This document shows positions 1 through 8,552 of a stretch of 52,158 nucleotides of DNA, piece by piece. The notes below the pieces were generated by a model. It was not told where the DNA came from. It ran no database searches and worked only from the letters and a program-made list of their open reading frames with translations. The position numbers were made by a program, and so were the translations under genes. Source of the stretch: an uncultured Lachnospiraceae bacterium (GTDB lineage Bacteria > Bacillota > Clostridia > Lachnospirales > Lachnospiraceae); the NCBI GenBank assembly GCA_947589125.1, contig CANPZZ010000001.1:1-52158 (forward strand), in the 5' to 3' direction. The stretch's first letter is position 1; the number at the start of each line of letters is the position of its first letter.

Positions 1-1
1 C

Positions 2-1228
2 TGGACCAAGACGCCGGCGAAGGGAAGGATCGAGATCTTCGACTGTAGCTGGTACAAGGTGGTGACGGAGGACCGGTTCGACGGCCTCACAAAGGAAAAG
101 GACGTGCCGGGCGCTTATCAGGATATCCTGTCCTTCGAGAAGCAGCTGACCGACGACGGCACGGTCATCATCAAGCTTTTCCTGCACATTTCCAAGGGCG
201 AGCAGAAGAAGCGTTTCAAGAAGCTGGATTCCGCCAAGGAGACCTCCTGGCGCGTAACCAAGCAGGACTGGAAGCGGAATAAGGAGTACGACTCATTTCT
301 GAAGATCACTGAGGAGATGCTGGAGAACACGGAGACGGAGTACGCGCCGTGGACCATCATCGAGGCGACGGATAAGGATTACGCTGCCATGAAGATCCGC
401 ACGACGGTGGCGGAGCGCCTGGCTTACGAGCTGGCCCGTCGGCAGGAGATAGCGGATAATAAGACGGAGAAAACCGTGACGAAGCCCGCTGAGCGTTTCC
501 AGAACGGCGTGCTGTCCGGCGTGGATCTGACCAAATCCCTGACCAGGGAAGAATATAAGAAAGAGATGGACAAGCTCCAGAAGAAGCTGGAAGTGCTGCA
601 CAGTGAACTGTACCGTCTGCGCATCCCGGTGGTTCTGGGATTTGAGGGCTGGGACGCCGGCGGCAAGGGCGGCGCGATCAAGAGGCTGACGAGCCGGCTG
701 GATCCGCGCGGTTATCAGGTGAATCCGACCTCCGCGGCCAACGATATCGAGAAGGTCCACCACTATCTGTGGCGGTTCTGGAACAATATGCCCAAAGGCG
801 GCCATATCGCGATCTTTGACCGGACCTGGTACGGACGCGTCATGGTAGAGCGGATCGAAGGCTTCTGCACCGAGGAAGAGTGGAAGCGGGCCTACCAGGA
901 GATCAACGAGATGGAATCCCACATGGCCAATTACGGCGCGGTAGTGCTAAAGTTCTGGCTCCATATCGACAAGGACGAGCAGGAGCGGCGTTTCAAGGAG
1001 CGCATGGAGAATCCGGCCAAGCAGTGGAAGATCACCGATGAGGACTGGAGGAACCGTGAGAAATGGGATCTCTACGAGGCGGCTGTCGACGAGATGTTGG
1101 TCCGCACCTCTACGACCTACGCGCCGTGGATCGTGGTCGAAGGCAACGACAAGCTCTACGCCCGCGTGAAGGTGCTGCGCACGGTTGTGGACGCGCTGGA
1201 GAAGAAGATCGAGGAAGTGTCAAAATAG
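2..1228 (+). CDS. pap: Polyphosphate:AMP phosphotransferase (two-domain PPK2), 5'-truncated
   Basis: Frame is open from base 2 (WTKTPAKGRIEIFDCSWY). Two PPK2 repeats; the C-terminal one has Walker A EGWDAGGKG and IFDRTWY, followed by WKITDEDW. Confidence 0.9.
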   Translation, partial: WTKTPAKGRIEIFDCSWYKVVTEDRFDGLTKEKDVPGAYQDILSFEKQLTDDGTVIIKLFLHISKGEQKKRFKKLDSAKETSWRVTKQDWKRNKEYDSFLKITEEMLENTETEYAPWTIIEATDKDYAAMKIRTTVAERLAYELARRQEIADNKTEKTVTKPAERFQNGVLSGVDLTKSLTREEYKKEMDKLQKKLEVLHSELYRLRIPVVLGFEGWDAGGKGGAIKRLTSRLDPRGYQVNPTSAANDIEKVHHYLWRFWNNMPKGGHIAIFDRTWYGRVMVERIEGFCTEEEWKRAYQEINEMESHMANYGAVVLKFWLHIDKDEQERRFKERMENPAKQWKITDEDWRNREKWDLYEAAVDEMLVRTSTTYAPWIVVEGNDKLYARVKVLRTVVDALEKKIEEVSK

Positions 1229-1360
1229 GCTTGATATGTACGGATGATTCTGTATGGCAATGGAGTGCAGCAGTGCAGGCCCGGCCGGCAGATGCGCGAA
1301 ATGACTGAAATAAGAATTGAGGGCATATAGAAAGCTTACAGAAGAATAAGGAGGATGGTT

Positions 1361-1726
1361 ATGCAGGATATGGTAAAAGAACTGGGCATGCATGTGACCC
1401 ACGTAGGCATCAACGCGGCGGACGACGAGCAGGCGCGGGGATGGGCGAAGGAGTTTGAGACCTGCTTCGGGCTTCCGGCCAAGGAAGGCAACAGCTCCAT
1501 TTTCTCCGCCGATCTCGTGGAGATCATGAAAGGCCACGGCCGCGGGGCCGTCGGCCACATCGCCATCGGCGTCAACGACTGCGAGAAGGCGATCGAATTC
1601 TTCGCTTCCAACGGCGTAAAGGTGATCCCGGAGACTGTCAAGACCAACGACGAGGGCCGGATCAAATTCACCTATCTGGATAAGGAGATCGCCGGATTCA
1701 TGGTGCATCTGAATCTGGTCAAATAA
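1361..1726 (+). CDS. VOC/glyoxalase-fold protein resembling the C-terminal domain of clostridial long-form KDPG aldolases
   Basis: HVGIN, GNSSIF, EIMK, GHIAI and GFMVHL motifs. AGGAGG lies 6 nt before ATG 1361. Confidence 0.65.
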   Translation: MQDMVKELGMHVTHVGINAADDEQARGWAKEFETCFGLPAKEGNSSIFSADLVEIMKGHGRGAVGHIAIGVNDCEKAIEFFASNGVKVIPETVKTNDEGRIKFTYLDKEIAGFMVHLNLVK

Positions 1727-1730
1727 TGCG

Positions 1731-3146
1731 ATGAGCGTTGTGCTGATCGTTGGGGGCGGCGCCGCCGGGATGGCGGCCGCCATCGCCTCCGCCGGCTGTG
1801 GACATGAGGTCCATTTATATGAAAAGAACGAAAAACCGGGGAAGAAGCTGTTCATCACCGGCAAAGGCCGCTGCAATGTGACGAATGCGTGCAGCATGGA
1901 ATCACTGAGGCAGAACGTGGTGACCAATCCCCGGTTTTTATACAGCAGTTTTGCGGCGTTTTCCAACCGGGACATGATGGATCTTCTGGAGCGCGCCGGC
2001 TGTCCGCTGAAGGTGGAGCGGGGCGATAGGGTATTCCCGGTATCGGACAAGTCCTCGGATGTGATCTCGGCCCTGGTCCGGCAGATGAAGGAGCTGGGCG
2101 TGCGGGTGCATCTGAACACGGAAGTGACCGGTATCCGTGTCGAGGATGGGAAATGTACCGGCATCACGGCGAGACAGCTACATTCCGTCGGCGGACGCAG
2201 CGCTGATTCAGGGCATAAACGCAGTGCCGCAGCGAAACAGTCGGTAGCGGCAGAAAGCGGTGCAGTTTCATGGCGCGAGCAACCGCAGGGAATATCAGGG
2301 CCGGAGAAACGAACCGGAGCCGACGCTGTCCGGGGAAATGAAGTGCGTAAGGGATCGGCCGGATTCATCCCCGGCGACGCCGTGATCGTGGCGACCGGAG
2401 GCATTTCCTATGAATCCACCGGATCGACCGGCGACGGATACCGCTTCGCGCGGGACTGCGGCCATACGGTGACGCAGCTGCGGCCGTCTTTGGTGCCGAT
2501 GAACGCGAAGGAAGAGGACGTGAAGAGCCTGCAGGGACTTTCCCTTAAGAACGTGGAGGTATCCTTTTTCGACGGCGGGAAAGAGCTTTACCGGGAGTTC
2601 GGGGAAATGCTGTTCACGCATTTTGGCGTCAGCGGACCGGTGGTCTTAAGCGCCAGCAGCTTTGTGGGAAAGGCGCTTAAGGAACGGCCGCTTGCGATGC
2701 GGATCGATCTGAAGCCTGCGCTTTCGGAAGAGCAGCTGGACGCGCGGATCCTGAGGGATTTTGCGGAATTTTCCAACCGGCAGTTCGGCAACGCTCTTGG
2801 GAAACTTTATCCGGCGAAACTGATCCCGGTAATGATCGCCAGAAGCGGTATTTCGCCTTCCAAGCCGGTCAGGGATATCACCAGACAGGAGCGGCTGAGA
2901 CTTCTGGATGTGACGAAGCATTTCGCTGTGACACTCACGGGCCTTCGGGGCTTTCATGAAGCGATCATCACCCAGGGAGGCATCTCGGTGAAGGAGATCT
3001 CGCCGGCCACCATGGAATCGAAGAAAGTGCAGGGCCTGTATTTCGCGGGAGAGGTGCTGGATCTGGACGCGGTGACGGGCGGGTTCAACCTGCAGATCGC
3101 CTGGTCCACGGGCTGGGCGGCGGGAAGCAGCATTCCGTGGGAGTGA
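1731..3146 (+). CDS. HI0933/YhiN (BaiN-like) NAD(P)/FAD-dependent oxidoreductase
   Basis: GGGAAG, TGKGRCNVTN, GEMLFTHFGVSGP, GLYFAGEVLD and TGGFNLQ motifs. Confidence 0.92.
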   Translation: MSVVLIVGGGAAGMAAAIASAGCGHEVHLYEKNEKPGKKLFITGKGRCNVTNACSMESLRQNVVTNPRFLYSSFAAFSNRDMMDLLERAGCPLKVERGDRVFPVSDKSSDVISALVRQMKELGVRVHLNTEVTGIRVEDGKCTGITARQLHSVGGRSADSGHKRSAAAKQSVAAESGAVSWREQPQGISGPEKRTGADAVRGNEVRKGSAGFIPGDAVIVATGGISYESTGSTGDGYRFARDCGHTVTQLRPSLVPMNAKEEDVKSLQGLSLKNVEVSFFDGGKELYREFGEMLFTHFGVSGPVVLSASSFVGKALKERPLAMRIDLKPALSEEQLDARILRDFAEFSNRQFGNALGKLYPAKLIPVMIARSGISPSKPVRDITRQERLRLLDVTKHFAVTLTGLRGFHEAIITQGGISVKEISPATMESKKVQGLYFAGEVLDLDAVTGGFNLQIAWSTGWAAGSSIPWE

Positions 3147-3384
3147 TGGTTTCCGGAGAGGAGCGTATGCTGTGGATTAACTGGTACGTGGCCTCGGAGA
3201 AGCGATGGCTCCCCGAACGATGATGCTATGCCGTGGTTTGGTTGAGAAATTTTCTGGGAGAAGTGTCGGGAATTCCTGCCAGGCAGCCAAGATAAGTCCC
3301 ACGGCTCAATAAGAGAGCGATGCGTCTGATACGGACGCGCAAGATCAGTGTGGCAAATATAGGAATCAAGGAGAGTTTCAGAGT

Positions 3385-4080
3385 ATGACAGCAGCGTATA
3401 ACATTGCCATCGACGGTCCCGCGGGAGCGGGCAAAAGCACGATCGCCAAGGCGCTCGCGAAGAAGCTGGGCTTCGTCTATGTGGACACCGGCGCCATGTA
3501 CCGGGCTATGGGCCTGTATTTCGACAGGCAGGGCATCAGCATGGACGATGAGGAAGGGATCAGCCGGGCATGCGGCGATATCAGCATTTCCATCCGCTAT
3601 CAGGATGGGACCCAGAGAGTGATCTTAAACGGCGAGGACGTGTCAGATTTGATCCGCACGGAGGAGGTGGGGCATCTGGCCTCCGCCTGCTCAGTCTACG
3701 CGGCGGTGCGGCAGAAGCTTCTGAGCCTGCAGCGGGATCTGGCGGCCAGCACCGACGTGATCATGGATGGCCGGGACATTGGCACCTGCGTGCTGCCGGA
3801 CGCCCAGACCAAGATTTATCTGACCGCTTCGGTGGAGGTTCGGGCAAGGCGGCGTTATAAAGAGCTGCTTGAGAAGGGGAAGGAGAGCAGCCTGGCTGAG
3901 ATCGAAGAGGAGATCCGCGCCAGGGATTACCGGGATATGAACCGGGAGATCGCGCCTCTTAAGCAGGCGGAGGACGCCGTGTATCTGGACAGTTCGGATA
4001 TGACGATCGATCAGGTGATCGACGCGATCATCGGCGCGGCTGTCAGTCGGGGGCTTTCGGCGGATCGGGCAGGCAGGTGA
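3385..4080 (+). CDS. cmk: Cytidylate kinase
   Basis: IAIDGPAGAGKST, DTGAMYRA and MDGRDIGT motifs; lies upstream of ispH-rpsA. Confidence 0.97.
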   Translation: MTAAYNIAIDGPAGAGKSTIAKALAKKLGFVYVDTGAMYRAMGLYFDRQGISMDDEEGISRACGDISISIRYQDGTQRVILNGEDVSDLIRTEEVGHLASACSVYAAVRQKLLSLQRDLAASTDVIMDGRDIGTCVLPDAQTKIYLTASVEVRARRRYKELLEKGKESSLAEIEEEIRARDYRDMNREIAPLKQAEDAVYLDSSDMTIDQVIDAIIGAAVSRGLSADRAGR

Positions 4081-4087
4081 GAAGCAG

Positions 4088-6061
4088 ATGAAAGTGATCG
4101 TTGCGAAGACCGCCGGCTTCTGCTTCGGCGTGAAGCGGGCCATGGATCTGGTATATAGCCAGATCCGGGAAAATGCGGGTCCCATTTATACGCTGGGCTC
4201 CATTATCCATAATGAAGAGGTGGTCCGGGAACTGGAACAGCAGGGCGTCAGGGCGGTGTCGGAAGAAGAACTTTCCGGGCTTGACGAAGGCACAGTCATT
4301 ATCCGGTCCCACGGAGTCGGGCCGCAGGTCTATGACTTCCTCGCGGCTAAGGAACTGAACGTGGTGGACGCTACCTGTCCATTTGTTAAAAAGATACATA
4401 ACATTGTAAGGGAGCAGAGCGAAGCAGGCCGAACGATCGTCATCATCGGCGACAGCTCTCATCCGGAGGTGGAAGGGATCCGCGGCTGGTGCAGATCGCC
4501 GGTTTTGACCGTAAAAACCGAGGAAGATTTAGCCGATTTGCCACATGATTTATCCCCAAAGCTATGTATTGTGTCTCAGACGACATTTAATTACAAGAAT
4601 TTTGAAGAATTAGTTGAAAAAATTTCAAAAAAGGGTTATGATATAGTTGTTTTCAATACGATTTGTAGTGCAACAGAGGAACGGCAGAGGGAAGCTGAGC
4701 AGATTGCCTCACAGGTAGACGCCATGGTGGTCATTGGCGGTAGGTATAGTTCGAATACACGCAAGCTTTTTGAAATTTGCCAAAGGAAATGTAAGAACAC
4801 CCATTTCATTCAGACACTTGACGACTTATCACCTGAAAGTGTAGATTCTGTGCGCAGCGTAGGTATTACAGCAGGGGCATCGACCCCAAAGAAAATTATT
4901 GAGGAGGTTCAAAAAGTAATGGCAGAGCAGACTTTTGAACAAATGTTGGAGGAATCGTTGAAGACTATACGTACAGGAGAGGTTGTCACCGGTAAGGTCA
5001 TCGATGTAAAAGAAGATGAGATCGTCCTGAATATCGGGTACAAGTCCGACGGTATCATTCCGAGGAATGAATACAGCAACGATTCGAATCTGGATCTTCG
5101 GACTGTGGTTCATGTAGGCGACGAACTGGAAGCTAAGGTCGTGAAGGTTAACGACGGCGAGGGTCAGGTGGCCCTGTCCTACAAGCGGCTGGCGGCTGAC
5201 CGCGGCAACAAGCGCCTTGAGGACGCATTTAATAATCAGGAGGTTCTGACCGCGAAGGTGGCTCAGGTTCTGGATGGCGGACTGAGCGTAGTCGTGGAGG
5301 AAGCAAGAGTATTCATTCCGGCCAGCCTTGTGTCGGATGTTTATGAGAGAGACCTGTCCAAGTTCGCGGGTCAGGAGATCGAATTCGTGATCACCGAGTT
5401 CAATCCCCGACGCAGAAGGATCATCGGCGACCGCAAGCAGCTGATGGTAGCCCGCAAGAAGGCTATGCAGGAAGCTCTGTTTGCCCGCATCCAGGTAGGC
5501 GATGTGGTAGAGGGCGTTATCAAGAATGTGACTGATTTCGGAGCGTTCATCGATCTGGGCGGAGCGGACGGACTGCTTCATATCTCTGAGATGTCCTGGG
5601 GACGTGTGGAGAACCCGAAGAAGGTCTTTAAGGCCGGTCAGACGCTGACCACGCTGATCAAGGATATCCATGGCGACAAGATCGCTTTAAGCCTTAAGTT
5701 CCCGGATCAGAATCCGTGGACGGACGCCGCGGAGAAGTACGCGGTGGGCAATATCGTTACCGGCCGTGTGGCCAGGATGACGGACTTCGGCGCTTTCGTG
5801 GAGCTGGAGCCGGGCGTGGACGCTCTGCTGCATGTGTCTCAGATCTCCCGTGAACATGTGGATAAGCCGGCGGACGTTCTGACGATCGGCCAGGAGATCG
5901 AGGCGAAGATCGTGGACTTCAACGAGGCGGACCGGAAGATCAGCTTAAGCATCAAGGCGCTGCAGGCCCCGCCGGAGAAGAAAGCTCCGGTTGAAGAGCC
6001 GGATGTGGCGGATGTAGATGTTGAGGCGCTGGGGGCGCAGCTGGCGGAGGAAGAGCAGTAG
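4088..6061 (+). CDS. ispH: Fused 4-hydroxy-3-methylbut-2-enyl diphosphate reductase / ribosomal protein S1
   Basis: Three IspH Fe-S cysteines (GFCFGV, DATCP, NTICSAT) and GITAGASTP, followed by four S1 repeats (TDFGAF, GLLHISE). Confidence 0.96.
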   Translation: MKVIVAKTAGFCFGVKRAMDLVYSQIRENAGPIYTLGSIIHNEEVVRELEQQGVRAVSEEELSGLDEGTVIIRSHGVGPQVYDFLAAKELNVVDATCPFVKKIHNIVREQSEAGRTIVIIGDSSHPEVEGIRGWCRSPVLTVKTEEDLADLPHDLSPKLCIVSQTTFNYKNFEELVEKISKKGYDIVVFNTICSATEERQREAEQIASQVDAMVVIGGRYSSNTRKLFEICQRKCKNTHFIQTLDDLSPESVDSVRSVGITAGASTPKKIIEEVQKVMAEQTFEQMLEESLKTIRTGEVVTGKVIDVKEDEIVLNIGYKSDGIIPRNEYSNDSNLDLRTVVHVGDELEAKVVKVNDGEGQVALSYKRLAADRGNKRLEDAFNNQEVLTAKVAQVLDGGLSVVVEEARVFIPASLVSDVYERDLSKFAGQEIEFVITEFNPRRRRIIGDRKQLMVARKKAMQEALFARIQVGDVVEGVIKNVTDFGAFIDLGGADGLLHISEMSWGRVENPKKVFKAGQTLTTLIKDIHGDKIALSLKFPDQNPWTDAAEKYAVGNIVTGRVARMTDFGAFVELEPGVDALLHVSQISREHVDKPADVLTIGQEIEAKIVDFNEADRKISLSIKALQAPPEKKAPVEEPDVADVDVEALGAQLAEEEQ

Positions 6062-6100
6062 GAGATTTGGGGTCTCCTTTGTGAGAATTGAAGTATGTTG

Positions 6101-6140
6101 TCGGGCACCTGATCGGGAGCGGTTGGGTGCCTGATTTTTT
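6101..6140 (+). terminator. Intrinsic terminator after ispH-rpsA
   Basis: tcgggcacctgatc / ggttgggtgcctga stem followed by a T-tract. Confidence 0.7.
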
Positions 6141-6200
6141 GTGTGACAAATAGAAGGTTGGTGACGATTTGTTTGGGTTTTTGGTAAATGGGGTCGCGGA

Positions 6201-6454
6201 AGGTACGCGAGTGGACGCCCCGCCGCCTGCGCTCATGGTTCCGGATGGAAGAGGTTCTAAGACGAAAAACGGCCGCATCCGGGGCACCGTCAAATTCGTG
6301 AGAAATCCTGAAAGGATTTCTCACTCAGCTTGCGCTCCGCCCCTGACTTGAGGTCAGGGGCTCCGGCCCCGGATGCGGCCGTTTTTCGCCTAAGAACCTC
6401 TAACCATCCTCCACAAATCGCGCAGACGGCGGGGCGTCCACTCGCTGTTTTTTC
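6201..6454 (-). repeat. Structured palindromic element, copy 1 (candidate ncRNA or non-autonomous mobile element)
   Basis: Outer stem 6207-6232/6420-6445, inner stem 6243-6285/6366-6409, hairpins 6298-6324 and 6339-6361. Its reverse complement aligns with copy 2. Confidence 0.8.
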
Positions 6455-6480
6455 GTGGGAACGAAGTTCTTTTTTCAGCG

Positions 6481-6735
6481 TTTTGCCAGAGAGGAGCAGG
6501 AGTCAGGTCCCCATTTAATGTTTTGTCAGTGAAAGTGGGGATTAGGTTCTCATTCAATATTCTGTTAGAGAGAAGCAGGAGTTAGGTTCCTTTTTTAATG
6601 CTCTGTCAGTGAAAGTGGGGTTAGGTTCTCATTCAATATTCTGCCAGTGAGAAGCAGGAATCAGATTCTCTCTTTAATATTCTGCTGGCGAAAAGGAAAA
6701 TTGTGGTCTCTTTCCAACCTTCTGCCAGTGAAAAC
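6481..6735. repeat. Degenerate 38-41-bp tandem array, about 6.4 units with A/B alternation
   Basis: Units start at 6481, 6521, 6560, 6601, 6639, 6680 and 6720, each beginning with a variant of TTCTGYCAGWGA. Confidence 0.8.
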
Positions 6736-7000
6736 ACAGCGTGACAGGCGGGGGCGGGGACACATCACGAACGCGATTTACGGAGAAGGGTTAGTCTTTC
6801 TTAATGAAAAAACGTCAGTTTGAGGGCCGGAGCCCATGACCACAAGTCATGGGCGGAGCGGCAACCTGAGCGTGAACTCATCAGGAGTTCACGCGAATTT
6901 GCCGTTGCCCTCAAACTGGCGTTTTTGAATTTAGAAAGACTTCCCTTCGGAGTCATGAGCGTACGGGATGTGTCCCCGCCCCCGCCTGTCACGCGTACCT
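6730..7000 (+). repeat. Structured palindromic element, copy 2
   Basis: Outer stem 6739-6774/6959-6994, a long inner stem and two internal hairpins. Linkers match those of copy 1. Confidence 0.8.
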
Positions 7001-7081
7001 CTCACGACTATGTACACCGACATTTATCCCACCAGACAACACTTGCAAAAAATATCTCATCAGAAATCAGTAATTACTATA

Positions 7082-7116
7082 TTGACATATAATATTATAT
7101 AGCATATAATATTATA
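7082..7116 (+). promoter_or_regulatory. Sigma-A promoter overlapped by tandem palindromes (probable PadR operator)
   Basis: TTGACA-17-TATAAT. ATATAATATTATA(T) occurs at 7087-7100 and 7104-7116. Confidence 0.8.
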
Positions 7117-7191
7117 CGAAATGACAAACCTGTGTTCCACATACAGAATAGGATCCGTAGAAACGGGGAAGGTAGTAAGGAGTTGAGCTGT

Positions 7192-7512
7192 ATGGTATTT
7201 AATACGGGAACGGCGCTTTTGGACGCGATCGTTCTGGCGGTGGTCTCGAAGGATATAATGGGGACTTACGGATATAAGATCACACAGGACGTACGGGGAG
7301 TTATCGATGTGTCAGAATCCACTTTATATCCGGTACTCCGGCGCTTGCAGAAAGATGAGTGCCTGGAGACGTATGATATGGCAATCGACGGCCGAAACCG
7401 CAGATATTACCGGATTACGGAGAAGGGGCGGGTCCAGCTGAATCTGTATAAGAGCGAATGGGCCAGCTATTCAGGGAAGATCACCAGAATATTCGAGGAG
7501 GCGCGTATATGA
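7192..7512 (+). CDS. PadR-family transcriptional regulator
   Basis: YGYKI, SESTLYPVLRRL and RRYYRITEKG winged-helix motifs; AAGGAG RBS. Confidence 0.93.
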   Translation: MVFNTGTALLDAIVLAVVSKDIMGTYGYKITQDVRGVIDVSESTLYPVLRRLQKDECLETYDMAIDGRNRRYYRITEKGRVQLNLYKSEWASYSGKITRIFEEARI

Positions 7513-8552
7513 ACAGAGAGGAATTCATGAGGAAGGTGGAATATCTGCTCTCGGACCTTCCGGAGGAGGAGACGAGGGACGCGCTGGATTATTACCGCGA
7601 TTATCTGGAGGAAGCCGGCGATTCGGCGGAGGAAGCCATGCGGGAGTTCGGAAGTCCGGAGCGGATCGCTTCGATCATCCGGTCGGATATTCAGGGAAAT
7701 CTGGCGGACGGCGGAGAATTTACGGATACCGGCTATACGGACGAACGGTTCCGGGAACCAAATTATCAGTTGGCAAGGCGCGAACAGGGAGAGCCGGAGA
7801 GTTCGGATGGAGCTGCGCCGGGAAATGACCGGCAGCCGGCGTACCGGGATGCCGTAGAAGATCAGAATGTCGCCGGGAGCGGAAATACTGGTGGATCCAA
7901 TGGAGCGGATCCATATTATTATGGAAATATCGGAACTGGCGCGGGTCAGAGTGACAGCAGAACCGGTGGGTATTCCGGGAATGCAGATCAATCAGGAGCC
8001 GCGGGTCGTACCGGTAATCCGGGCCAGCCTGGCGTAGGGGGTCATGCTGGTAATCCGGGTCAACCTGGCACAGCGGGTCGTACCGGTAATCCGGGCCAGC
8101 CTGGCGCAGCGGGTCATGCCGGTAATTCGGGTCAGCCAGGAGCCCCCGGCCGGCCCGGTTCCGGCGGTCAGGCGGCGAAGGTGCTTTGGATCATCTTAGC
8201 GATAATAGGAGCAGTCACGGTTCTGCCGGCGCTTCTTGGATTCGCAGGCGGCGCTTTCGGAATTCTGGTGGCGATCGTGGTGCTGCTGCTTGTACTTGTA
8301 TTTCTGACGGCGATATTGACGTTTGTATTTCTGGTGGCGGGCGTCGCGGTGGTCGCGGCGGGAATCGCGGCAGTATTTGCGGATCCGCTCGACGGTGTCG
8401 TATGTATCGGCGTCGGGCTGGTGATGCTGGCGATCGGGCTGGTCGGCGTGGTACTGTCGGTGCTGATCTATGGAAAACTTCTGCCGTGGCTGTTTAGGGG
8501 TGCGATCGACGGGCTTAACGGAATGCTTCACAGAAAGGAGCGGACAGCATGA
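7509..8552 (+). CDS. DUF1700/HAAS-domain membrane protein with a Gly-X-Y insert
   Basis: N-terminal LSDLPEEE..DALDYY..EFGSPERIA signature, C-terminal hydrophobic helices, ATGA overlap with padR. Confidence 0.82.
   Translation: MNREEFMRKVEYLLSDLPEEETRDALDYYRDYLEEAGDSAEEAMREFGSPERIASIIRSDIQGNLADGGEFTDTGYTDERFREPNYQLARREQGEPESSDGAAPGNDRQPAYRDAVEDQNVAGSGNTGGSNGADPYYYGNIGTGAGQSDSRTGGYSGNADQSGAAGRTGNPGQPGVGGHAGNPGQPGTAGRTGNPGQPGAAGHAGNSGQPGAPGRPGSGGQAAKVLWIILAIIGAVTVLPALLGFAGGAFGILVAIVVLLLVLVFLTAILTFVFLVAGVAVVAAGIAAVFADPLDGVVCIGVGLVMLAIGLVGVVLSVLIYGKLLPWLFRGAIDGLNGMLHRKERTA

Noticed and set aside
6250-6270. preQ1-I riboswitch-like AGAGGTTCTA
   Set aside because: It is part of a long inverted-repeat arm, is not conserved in copy 2, and no queuosine gene follows.
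6860-6905. Hammerhead ribozyme (CTGA-stem-GAA)
   Set aside because: Lacks the CUGANGA and GAAA cores in both copies; better explained as tandem G.A pairs.
6169-7092. Short ORFs over the structured elements (6169-6351, 6330-6518, 6801-6992, 6820-7092)
   Set aside because: No RBS or recognisable domain; they are by-products of GC-rich palindromes.
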